A stretch of 64,000 nt of DNA, from NCBI GenBank assembly GCA_946965045.2, contig OX337229.1:248001-312000 (forward strand), written 5' to 3'. Source of the DNA: Epithemia pelagica (lineage: Eukaryota; Protista; Bacillariophyta). A program made the translations under genes and the position numbers. The notes under the pieces are model-generated. The model searched no databases, had not been told where the DNA came from, and saw only the letters and a list, made by a program, of their open reading frames with translations. Of this stretch, positions 23,793 through 35,925 are shown one piece after another; the first letter of the stretch is position 1; every line of letters begins with the position of its first letter.

Positions 23793-24192
23793 GAATCCCC
23801 GAGTCTGTTCCTGGACACGTGCCGTGTGCATGTATGCTAAGACCTCTTGGAACCTGGAGCATGATCGTCAAGATTCGATCCATGTGACGTTTGGAATTTG
23901 GATGCCGCACGTCAAGTCATGGGTTTTCTCTTCAAGAGCATACATCATCCGGTGATGATGGTGCACTCCCTGCAAAAGAACGATACGACAGGTTTTTGTC
24001 TTGAGTTTTTGTTTCCTCCCAACAAACACACACACATACAAACGAAGACCCCAGTGTCGGAATCTATGCCACGAGATACGCAAGAATCCTAGAGTCTGTT
24101 CCTTGACACGTGACGTATGTGTACTGGGACCTCTTGGAACCTTGGGCATGGACGCCAAGATTCGATCCCTGGATTTGGGATGCCGCACGTCA
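23793..24192. repeat. Degenerate ~110-120 bp direct repeat (23793-23914 vs 24084-24192)
   Basis: Shared blocks gagtctgttcc(t/-)ggacacgtg, gacctcttggaacct, caagattcgatcc, ggatgccgcacgtca. Confidence 0.75.
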
Positions 24193-25053
24193 TTCTTCTG
24201 GTGGGTGACAATACCTAGTTCTTGTTGCCTGTCACTGTTTGTGTATCATGCCATGGCAAGAAGAGTGCGCGAGTCATGGAATACAGACATCAGTCGTCTT
24301 TTGCTTAATGTAGACGTACTTGGTTCGTGTGTGTCACCTTCTACTGCGCGCAGGAGAGACAAAGAAGACGAGAAACGTGTCTCATTCTCGTTGCGTGTTG
24401 GATTCCATGATCCCATCATCCATGCCCCATTTCATCTCCATACAGTATGCATCGTAAATCTTGTTGGGACATGCCATTCCAACGGTCATTCGCCCGTTTG
24501 TCGTCCAAAACCAACCATCCAACAGACAGACCAACCAAGCAATGTCATCTCTTGTTCTTGACTCATTCCACCGAAGAAGGATGAAACACGAGCCTCGTAT
24601 TCGCACATGCAGCCGTAGTGACGTGAAACTCTGGTCGTTCTTCTTTGTTGGTTGCCACTTGCCGTCTCCAGAGAACATGGAGATCATCTTGTTTGTGTTT
24701 CGTCAGTTTGAGACACCAATGGTTGGCGCAGCGGACGCGTGGATCCATGCGCTGAATCGTTGGGTCCGTTCAACGCCGATGGGCAGTAGTACAATCAAGT
24801 ACCGGATCGTATGTAAGCGAGCCGTTGAACGCAACTAAAAAATAGCCTTTTGCGCGCGGGGGGAGATCCACTGGGGAAATCCTCTCTCAATTTTCGGAAC
24901 CGTCGATCCTCGCCCTCTCTTCATTGTTCACTCGTCTCGCAATCACCACCAACTCTGCTGGAAATCCAACAATTGTGGTTGTGGATCCTCAGTCCCCTCC
25001 TCTCGTTCTCTAACCTTGACTCTACTACACACACAAGACAAGACGACGACACC

Positions 25054-25131
25054 ATGAAGTATTATGAATCCTTTTTTGGACGGGGAACCAAAAAATCCAC
25101 CAAGTCAACCACCGTCGCCGTCAAGACTCCG

Positions 25132-25163
<32 letters not shown>

Positions 25164-26175
25164 ACAGCCAACGGTTCCACCCTCCATCACTACTACGAAC
25201 GCCACGAGCGTGACACCGACCCAGACCGAACCAACACAGAACAAGAGTCAAGAGAAATACGAATACGAATACGAAGAACAACAAGTTTCAATTCGGGAAC
25301 CGGAAGATAATGTTCTTGACACTATTAACGAAACCGAAGAGGAGGAGGATGGCAAGGACCTGTTGTTGGATCCCGAAGAACGTGATCCAAGTCCCGAGGA
25401 ATCCACCGTCTCCACCACCTCGTTCTCGCAGGTCGTTCAGGCCGTGACGGATACCATTGTGCGTCCATCCAAAGAGGAGGACGACGACGAGGTGGCAACG
25501 GAAACATTGAACAACAAGACGGTGCATCGTCGTGCCCCCAGTTCCAGCAATTGGCAAGACTATTCGCTGGAGCTCATGGCTCGTCGTCAGGCCTTGCAAG
25601 AAGGCATGCTTCACGATCGAGAGGAACTCAAGCGATTGAAAGAGTGTCAGGTACACTACAAACGGCAACTCTTTGCCCATGCCAAGGCCTTGCAAACGGT
25701 CCGTCAGTCGTTGCAAAAATTGGACCAACAAGAATTTCATCTCGTGCAACAACGCACGGCCCTCTTGAGACAACTCCTCGTGGAAAAACATCAAACGGAA
25801 AACCAAGCACAGCAACAAACACCACCAACAACCACAAATGCAAGGACCATGATGGGGACTCTCTTGACGGGTCTGGGACAACGCAACACTCTCCCTCCTT
25901 CTCCTCCTAGTACTGCTCCCATTGTCACATTGAATGAAACGTCCCGTTCGACGACGAGTCGTCGTCGTTCGCAGTCGAAATGGACTCGCATTGACATTCC
26001 AACCATTGATGAATCGGTACTCGTTGAATTGCAAGAAGAACAACAATCCTCGTCCTCGTCCTCTTCTCCTTCTTCCATGTGGCCCTCCCAATTCTTGGCC
26101 TCCTCGTGCGATCCCCTCATGATGACTGACTCCCTCCATCTTTGTGGAAACAGCACGGACGTTTCGACACCTTAG
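25054..26175 (+). CDS. Hypothetical protein with poly-Gln tract and central coiled coil
   Basis: ATG at 25054 (MKYYESFFGRG) within ORF 24850..26175; heptad-like ELMARRQALQEGMLHDREELKRLKE...LQTVRQSLQKLDQQEFHLVQQRTALLRQLL. Confidence 0.7.
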
Positions 26176-26450
26176 AGAAAAGTAGGAACGATGGACGATA
26201 CACACACAGGTCTGGCCTAGTTCAAGGTTACTCACAAAAGGATTTGGAAACGGCGGTCTCGGAACCACACAGCAAACCACAAAAAGGCACATGGAACTTA
26301 CAAATGCAGTAGATATTTCATGTATATAATTAGTAGTTATGCTTCTCTACTCCAACAGCTAGAGAATGTTGCAGTGTCCGTTCGTCCTTGTCTTCCTTTT
26401 GTGACGTGAATTTGTGTGGGAGTTTGCTGTTTTGACGGTTCCTGGCCTTG

Positions 26451-29400
26451 TTACGATTCGTCTTGCTGTCCTTCTTGTTCTTGTTTGGCCGACGCCACGA
26501 CCAATCCTCGAAACATGCCCTTGGGTCGTTTCATGAGCGCCGTGGGGGAATCAAATTCTGCCGCTCGTCCATCGTCCATGACGAGTACCAAATCGGAATC
26601 CATAATGGTATTGATTCGATGGGCCACTGTAATACACGTGGCATGGACAAATTCCGTCCGAATCACCTTTTGAATGGCCGCGTCCGTGGCGGCATCCACC
26701 GCCTGTGTGTGTGCCGAAAAAAAAGAAGCAAATCACAGGTGAGATCGATATACTTGCCACTCATTCCATACAAATATACAAACGATCTCTCTTTCTCTTT
26801 CTTGATTGCAGTTACGTACCGCCGTTGCTTCGTCCATAATGACAATCTTGGAACCCTGCAACAAGGCTCGACCAATCACCAACAATTGTCGTTGACCGAC
26901 CGAAAAGTTGAGTCCACCTTCGGCCACGACATCCTCCAACGTTTGAATACAAGCAATGCCATGATCCATGGACTGTGATGCTTCTTGTTGCTCTGTTCCC
27001 GTCGTGGAGGAGGAGGGTGGTGGAGCATACAATCCCACATGTTCCAACGTCTCATAGAGTTCCGAATCCTGATATTCCTCAAAGGGATCCAAATTGGTTC
27101 GAATACTTCCACTAAACAAGATTGGATCTTGAGGAATGACGGCCATGTTCCGTCGAAGCATGGCCAAACCAATTTGAGAAATGTCTCGACCGTCAATGTC
27201 AATCCGACCCTCGGCCAACTCCACAATGCGCATCAGTGCCACCATGAGGGTCGACTTGCCCGCTCCTAAACAGGTACACAAGAAGACAAAATAACCCCGA
27301 TTGTGGTTCAAGAACACACAGCATTAGCAAATACAGGACATTGAGAATAAAGGCTGGCAAGATTGGTTACACAAGAATAAACGTACCCGTTCTTCCTACA
27401 ACTCCCACTTTACTTCCCCCTGGAATGGACAAGTCCAACCCTTTGAGCACCAATGGCAATCCCGGTCGGTACCGCAATTTCGCACCCCGAAAGACAATGC
27501 TCCCTTGCGAGGGCCACTTCCCCTCCAACTCGTCGTCCAAGGGCGTCCGTCGAGCCGCTTCATTTTCCAAGCGAGAGTACTCATCAATGCGTTCCACCGA
27601 CACCATATTGGCATCCATATCACTGGCCATGCGCGCCGACCAATTCAAGGACTGCGTCACTTGCAAACTATAACTAATGGCCAACCCCGCCAAACCGGCA
27701 AAGGAAACATCGGCCCCGTACCGCCAGTGTTGCACAATGGCACTCAAACAGGCAAAGGTAATAATCAAGGTTCCAATCATTTCCAATCGGACGGCCAACC
27801 ACGACTGGGCTGCGCAAGTCAGGTAATACGCATGTTGTTGAGTATCGAGGAGCTTGGTGAGGCGACGGAGGAGGGTGTTTTCGGCCTGATAGGCTCGAAT
27901 CGTCGTCACTCCATCGACACTTTCGCCCAACAAGGCATGAATCGGACTCCGAAATACAGAATCCATTCTCTTGAGCTCACGGTATGTGATCTGACGCAAA
28001 CCGAAAAATCATTCCAGACAGTGTGGTGAGAACAACAAGAATCAGGATGCAATGACTGGAACACAAGGAGCCTATACCCTCGTGAGGACGTACCATGAAG
28101 AAGCTTTGTTCACGAAGATAGTACAAAATCATGGGAACCAGACAAAGAGCAAATACGGGTGTGACACCCGATATCACCACCACTGTACTCAGCGCATCAA
28201 ACAATGTCGCAATGTAGCTCATCAATGTGGGCATGAGGCCTTCGTCTGCACACCCGTGTAGATAAATGGAACAACAAAGAGCACTGTGAGAGATTCTATC
28301 GCAGTATACCGATTCTCACGTGGTGTAAACTCAGCAATATTCCCTCTCCGGATCGAATCCAATCTACGATATACAGCGGCACGTACCGGTCGTGTTGATA
28401 TCTTTGGAAAATCGATTGACCAATCGTCCCACGGGCGTGGTATCGTAAAAGGACATGGGCGCATGGACGACAACAGTCAACATGCGTTGAAAGAGATGTC
28501 GGGTGGCCCGTAAGAAAATGACAGCCATTAACAACATGCGAGCGCCGCCAATGACAATGGCGGCCGCATTAATGTAGGCATAAATGAGCAAGAATTGCGT
28601 TTGCGACGTCTCCGAGGCATGTCCGGACCAATAGGTCAACCACCAACCGGACGCCACCGTCGCACTTTGCGATAGGGTAAATCCAATCAAAATCAAAATG
28701 GGGGCCCACATACCACCGGCCGCATCAATCCAGGTCTTGTAGACACTCCAGCTGACCATACCGACCGCACGTTTTTCTTCCGTCATGAGTTTCGCATTCG
28801 CGGATTCTTGTTCCTGGTTGCTTCGATGACTACTGCTATTTCGTTTGGATGCGGTCGATCGTTCCGACGCACGATAGGATGCCGACGCCCAACTGACGCG
28901 TGGTGCGTCCGCAGTGGGTATGGTTGATGATTCGGTGGCATTGGCCTGTGGATCGCCGCCCATGTCGGCTTCGTCGTCCTCCAATTGTTCCAATTGATAA
29001 ATTTCCAGGAGTGCCTTGCGATTGCAACTGCATCGTCGTTGTTCGGCTTCAATCAAGGCATCGGCCGAACTCACGGTACGACGCGATGTGGAACTCATGC
29101 GTTGCATTTCGAGCGCTTCCCGACGCAGACTGTCCGCACTACTACTATGCGTACCAGTACTCGTAGCCCGCGACGACGAGGTCGTCGACGGTCGAGGAAA
29201 GGCACACGATTCCGCATTGTCGGGGGTCGTCGCATCCGGTTGTTGTTGCTCCTCCACGATTGTTTGGACACTGGTTTCCTGAATGACTTGAAGAAATTGG
29301 GCCAAGACGGACTGGGGATTGCTGGCCAATTCCTGGTAGGTCCCTTGTTCGACCAAGTGTCCCTGTCGCAACACGACAATGCGGGTCACGGCCGGATGAC

Positions 29401-31537
29401 TCAAGTGTTGCAAGGCATTGGTCACCAAGACGACACTTCTCTTTTTGTTCGAGTTGGACGACGAGGAGGAATCCAGTAATGCTCCACAAATGGCCTGTTG
29501 AAACAAGTGGTGGGCGACATGGGCATCGACGGCCGACAAGGGATCGTCCAAGACTGTCACATCGGCTTGATGATAGACGGCACGGGCCAAGGCAATGCGT
29601 GCCTTTTGTCCGCCCGACAAGTTGAGACCCTTTTCGCCAATTTCGGTTTGGTCGCCCTGGGGAAACAATTCCAAATCATGCCGCAACGCGCAGGCGGTCA
29701 AGGCCCGTTGATACAAGGCCTCGTCCTGGTCCGTGTCATCGACATGTTGAAACAAGATATTGTCTTGAACCGTGGCATTGAGCAAAAAGGGTGTTTGGGC
29801 AAAATAGGCCAAGGTCGTATTGGACAATCGACTCGCGTGACCTTGAACGAACGTGGGGACATTGCCCAACAAGGTTTGCACCACACTCGATTTGCCACAA
29901 CCCACCCCTCCCACGACAGCAATCAATTCGCCACGATTCACCGACAAGGAAACGTCGTGCAAACACACTTCGACGGATGAGTTCCGGGCTTCGTCGGGTT
30001 CCGTCGTGTTTCCAGACGACGACGACAACAAGGCTTGTTGTTCTTCTTCTGGTTCTTTTGTATCGGCAGGAGCCGTGGTAGCAGTCTCCTTGTCGCTGTG
30101 ATAATAACTGGCCGTGACATGATCCAATTGGAGGACTGTGGTGGTCGTGTCGTTGTCCTTGTCGTCATTGTCATGGTCCACCAATGTGCCGGCTCCCAAT
30201 GGGACATGTTGCGGGGCTTGCAAAAAGGCTTGAATGCGTTTCACGGCCACGAGAGATTCGACGGCATTGTTAATGACACGGGGAAAGACGAGCAGGGGAA
30301 AGCGCAAAATGGCAAAGAGTGAGAGGGAGGTCAAGGCCGAGGCCACATCCAATTCATGACCAGAAAAGACATAGGCCGTAAAAGTCGCCAAGGCCACGAG
30401 AAGGGGGGTAAAATTCCAAATGAGTATGGTTCCGGTATATCCGACCAGGTAGTTCCACAAGTGTTGCAATTCGACTTTTCGCAAGTGTTGAATCCGGTCG
30501 ACAAAGCGTTCTTCCCAGGCTTGAAATTTCAAAATTTTCATATTCGTCAAGACTTCCGTATTGGCCGTGACACGCGCATCCTTGGCCGTCATGACGGCTT
30601 GTTGCCGTCGTCCCATGGCTTGGGCGACTGATTTGGTCAAGGGAATGGTAAGTACAATGACGGCGACGCCCCCCAGCGACGGTGCACCCAATTGTTGCCA
30701 CAAGAATATCAAGGCCAAGCCAATTTGCAAGGGACTGTACCACAGGGCATGCAAAAAATTGGGCAAGTCTTGCAAACGTTGCGCATCGACGGATACCAAA
30801 TTGGTAATTTCGCCCAAAGTTTGCGGACGACGACGACGAGTGTTGTTGTTGTTGTTGGTAGTGGTAGTGTCATTGTCATTGGTGGTAGTCGTACTGGATT
30901 CGGACGGTGCCGTGGACAAGTGCAAGGCTTGGTGGGTGACGGCTTGGACCAGGGCCGTCCGAACGCGCAATCCCGTGCGATAACAGAGAAAAAAGTAATG
31001 CCGCAAACACAATGACATGGTCAATTGCGAAACCGTCACGGCCGCCGTCCACGCCAACCCCTGCCACCAGGGAGCATTCGGCGTGCGCAAATAGACAATC
31101 AAGGCATGCAAGACTTGCGGTCCGACAAAGACACAGAGGTCGTGCACCAATTTCAATCCACCGGCCACCATGTACTCGCGACCGTAGGCCTGCCACAGCG
31201 CGGCAATCAACCGGTGGCCATTGTTGTCGTCCGTGTCATTGGTCGTATTGGCATTCCAGTGTCGGACAAAGGCTTTGGACACGGCCGTGGTTTGACAATC
31301 TTCGGGCAAGGGCAAGAGATGCAAATCGTCGGGATCCAATGTTTGTTTCACATAGCCTTCTTCCAACAAGGGCGTAAACCACGTAAATAACAATTGGTCC
31401 CAAAAGGAAGACGACGAATGATGATTGGAAGGAGGAGGAGGATTCGTCGTACTTGTCGTTGCTGTCGTTGTAGCACTTTTGCGGTTGTTCCCATCCAACG
31501 ACAACAAGGGCGTTGTTTCGGATCGTGTCGACGACAT
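26451..31537 (-). CDS. ABC transporter, subfamily C (MRP-like), 5 exons
   Basis: TMD1; NBD1 GGVGCGKS, LSGGQKARIALARA, VLDDPLSAVDAHV; TMD2; NBD2 VGRTG|AGKS, FSVGQRQLL, IMDEATA|AVD. Introns 28246-28386, 27991-28093, 27266-27386 and 26703-26819 all restore the frame. Confidence 0.96.
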
Positions 31538-33597
31538 GGTGCCTTACGAACTGTGTAGTCTCGTCTCCCTCTCACTCTTGTCGTTGTGATTTTGCTTCTT
31601 TCGGCAACAAATAAACAATAGACGACTCTCTCTCTCAATAACGAGCCAGAGTTATGGGATGACACAACACCTCTCGCGTGATGTTGTCGATTCTCGCGAC
31701 AGACGACAGCAAAAAGATCCAAACCACACAGACACCACAAAGATTCGTGCACAGATCAAAGTCTGCAGTCTGCAGTTCGAAAGTGTCGCACGAAGATCCA
31801 CGAACATCCAGGATGTACAATACGTCCGGACGACCGGAAGCTATGCCGGCGTTGGAAGCACATGAGCCGCACAAAGGACAGTATGACAGACAGGTGGGTA
31901 GAATGTGACGAGACAACCAAAGTCTAAAGTCCCTAATACGACCTCTCATTCTGCAACGATGATAGGAGTGCCTCGCGATCCTCGACACTGTGTGTATCGG
32001 GAGGAGAAGCAACATGCGAGGGACGACGAATGCCAATCATGCTGTCCTCCCGAGACTCTACTAGTTACTCTATTTACGTTCTGGAGGCCTACCTACAACA
32101 GTTGGACTCGATATCATCCCCCAAAGAAGAAACCACACACCAGTACCGAATGAAAAAGCGACTTGTCGTCGACATGTACCGAACGCGCAGGGATGGCGAA
32201 TCCTCAAACAAGACACACACACACACACACATGGGTACGACAACTGTTGGGTCCCAACAGTAGGGTCGGATGAAATCATGATACACACCGGACTCATTGT
32301 CGAGACGCCACCAAGTCTCAGGAGGATGACCTTTGTTTTAATGGAGTCTGGGAATGAACCATGGCACGAACAAGCAACCCGGCGGCACTCATCATGGAGG
32401 AGGAATGCAAATGATTCTGGTGTGGAACGGGTGGGTTCCGTGTTCTTCTCTTTGTGGAAAAAGAGAGAGAAATGGGTCCGGTTTGGCCTCGAACGGAGAG
32501 AAACGGATACTCTAGAAAAACGTTCCACGATCGCAAACTATGCAACAGGAGGAGTATAATATAATGCTCCTCTCTTCTCTCTGGTTGATTGTGTTTGGAG
32601 TCTCCCTCTCACAATTTTTTTGTCATGGCGGGAAAGAGCGCCTTTCGTGTGGGGGATTTCGTGTTTTCTGGGGAAGAACCGATTGGCTGGCGTTCTTCTA
32701 TCGCAGTGGATCATGACGTTATCCAAAAGTTAGGTTCCCACGCCTGCCGGACTTTGTCTATCTAACTATAACAGAACAATTGCTCTAAGTGACCCTGGAG
32801 AGTCATTTAGAATTATAGACTCACAGATGCATAACTACAAAAAAAGTCCAACGGATGTGTGGAGGGCGCGGAACAAGTCGACCAAAGGACCCAGAGTGGA
32901 ACTCGGAAGGTTCGGCAAGCCCACCGGGCCACAACAAAAATTGGGGAGGCTTCGTCGTGTCGTAACTCTCTCTCTTTTTTGGACCGGTACACCCATCGAT
33001 CTTTTTGTGACAACGAGAGCTTCTTCTCTCTTTGCCATTTTGTCCCTACAAGAAGTGTACCCAAAGGCGAGGATCCATGTGTAACCAAGACCACCACAGG
33101 ATCCTGTAGTAGTACCAAGATTAGAGAGAGAAGCAAACGCAAACACGGATTCCAAACCGTCGCCCACAGAAACCATTCCATTCGTCCCACCACTGCGTGT
33201 GTGTGTCGTCTCTTTTTGTGTTTCCTTGCACACACACACACACACAGTTCTATACGAGCCGTATAGTTGTTGCCTGCACAATCCACACAGCTCTGCGTCC
33301 CACGAGTTCGAGACACGAGCCAAGTGTACGGCCATTCGAACCAAACCCAAATCGAATCTACCTCGATCCGCAGTGGTTGGAGAGAGAGAGACTTTCGTGG
33401 GTGGTGCAAAGATCTCTTGTTGTTGTTGTTGTGGCGAACAATCTCGCAACAACTCTCAAGGAATCCAATTTACAAACAAAAGACCACTTTCAAGTTGTTT
33501 GTTGTTCTAGCTATTGCAAGAGGCTACCCAAGTACCCCTTTGATTGATTCTACCCAAACACAAAGAAGAAGAAGAAGTATCACAGAGTTGGAACAAG

Positions 33598-35555
33598 ATG
33601 CCCTTTTTTCGAGCCTCGACCGAAGCCACCGAGGCATCCCTCCAACCAAGCAACAACATCCACAATACGACGAATTTGGGCACGGCTGCCAGTCCAAACA
33701 CTAGGAGTCCAGCTACGGTTCGACGACGGGCCCGATCGCGCGATGCGGCGGCTCGAGAAACCTATCGGTTAAAAGTGGTGGAAGTCTCGGCCGTGTCCCG
33801 ACACCATTCTCATCGTCATGAGACCACCGAATCGTCTCCTGTTTTTGTCTCGCCGCCCATTGAATTGGGATTGCAACGCTTATCGTCCATAGACGGCAAA
33901 AAGCCACGTCGGCGCTTGTTTGGACGGGCCCTCCACAATCCACAACCAGAACAACAAGTCCAGGATCAAATTGTCATTCATCACAACAGTGTACGAGAAA
34001 TTCCCACTACTACAACAATCGCCGAACCAACGACCAAACCAAGCACCCGGTTTCAACGCAGTCGATCGAGCAGTGGCAAAGAAAATCATCATCATCATCT
34101 TCCGGATCTCACTGAGGGGAGCAGCAGTAGCAACACTGCTACTAGTAGTATTCATCCCCCTGTGGTGGGGGAGGATCTCCAAGAACCGGCGGCACCACAC
34201 CACTCCCGATGGCGATTTCCTCGTGTCTTGCGTCGATCCACGATCGAACAGTCTCGGAATCATCCCGACCAACCACAAGAACAAGACGATGACGACGACG
34301 AGGAGGAGGAACGACCCTTGCCCCCCGACAGCCCCCCAAACCAACCAGTCTCCGATCCTGACCCAACTCGTCGTCGCAGTTGTTCGCACAGTCAAAAGGC
34401 TCGTCGACGATCCCGATCCACTGCACCGCCCTCCGCCTCGATACAGACTCCACGAACCATTTCCTCTCCACCCACTTCTACTTCTACGTCGTTGCTATGG
34501 AAGAAATCCCGTTCTACCACCAACAACGTGTCATCCTCCTCCCGGGATCCACCGGGCAACAACGAACGACGGTCGTTGGGTGGTACTCTCCGAGCCGCTG
34601 CTGCATGTGGCAATGGCGAGGAAATGGAGGAATTGCGTCAAATGTGGTCGCAACAATACCGAGAACACCAACAACAAGGAACCGGAGGTCCGCTCCCATC
34701 GACCGACCTTGGGAAAGAGGGACGGACCGGCAGTGATTCCTCTCGTCGGCTGCGGTCCAAGAACCCAAACGCAGCGGCCGCCGAAGAGGATTCGCTCTTT
34801 GATACCCTCGAACCCAAATCCGATGTGGATTCCTTGAAGAATCCATCTCCTGCTTCTCAACAGGTACCAGCACGTCGTGGACGTTCCAAACGATCTCCCT
34901 TTCCCGAATTGGAAGGGGAACCAGCCTACGAAGAAGAAGAATCATCACGCTTGCATCAACCAGAAGAAGAACGACGATTGGAACAACAACGAAATGGTGT
35001 CCGCTTTCGTTCCGATGCCATTGCCAACAAGGTCAACAAACGGTTTTCCACGACGCAACAACAACAACAACACTCATCCCTCACGGATCCACCCAAACCA
35101 CTCTATCCCCAATCCAAAACCCGGTCCAGTCCTTCCAAGGTACGTATGTTGCTCAGTATAGAAAACCACTGGGTGTCGATTTGTCTCACATATAAATGTG
35201 CATGGTTCATGTCCAATCACAGTATACTGTTCCCGACGATGATAGTACGGCTACCGAAGAGGATGCCCGTCGGTTGACCGTCTTTCAAGAAATTAGTGAC
35301 ATGTGCATGGAATTGACCGCCTGTCCCTTTGCCGCTCCGGCGTCGTCGGTGTTGTTGTTGAACGACGAACCCGTACGACGAAAGGAGGACGAAATGGTGG
35401 ATCTCGATTTACGACTTCGAGAAGAACGAGAATGCCGTGGACTCGTCCTTTGTGGGGAAGATGACGAAGAGGAAGAGTACACGGATGACGACGAAGTTTC
35501 GGGAATTGTATCCATGGACGACGAATATTCCAGCTCGGAACCGATCCGGCAATGA
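33598..35555 (+). CDS. Disordered Ser/Arg/Pro-rich hypothetical protein, 2 exons (intron 35140-35222)
   Basis: ATG 33598 (MPFFRAS). GTACGT...CAG intron joins SK|YTVP in frame to the last exon ending SMDDEYSSSEPIRQ-TGA (35553-35555). Confidence 0.75.
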
Positions 35556-35771
35556 CAATAGTGTCATTTACTGCTAGGAGTACGTGTTTGGGCTTGGGAT
35601 GACCCTTCAAACGCATCTTATCATTTCTAGAAGAGCAAGAAACCGTGGCTATTGGAACTATTGGAACAACTACGATTCCGTACTCCTAGGTTTCCCTTTT
35701 CATGCGGATAGGCGTAGCACAGCCAGCAAAACTTCGAATTGGATAGAGGAGTCGTAGTCACGAATTCGGTC
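35510..35771. repeat. Left direct repeat (last codons of the host gene plus 3' UTR-like sequence)
   Basis: First 48 bp (atccatggacgacgaatattccagctcggaaccgatccggcaatgaca) identical to 37941-37988; remainder clearly similar but diverged. Confidence 0.95.
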
Positions 35772-35925
35772 TGGACGTCCTCCGTTCTCTAAGCAAAACC
35801 TTCACAAAGGCATTACAAGCAAGAGGTAGCTATTCCCTTTTGGTATTGAGTTTTGTTGCAAGCAAGTACTCCTATAAATCGAAGATCAAAAGATGGAAGA
35901 GCAAGAATAAGCAAGATCCCACTGC

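Noticed and set aside
31600-33540. Several 100-200 aa ORFs between the ABCC gene and the 33598 gene
   Set aside because: Microsatellite-rich (ACAC, GAGA) UTR/promoter-like DNA; no consistent frame or motifs.
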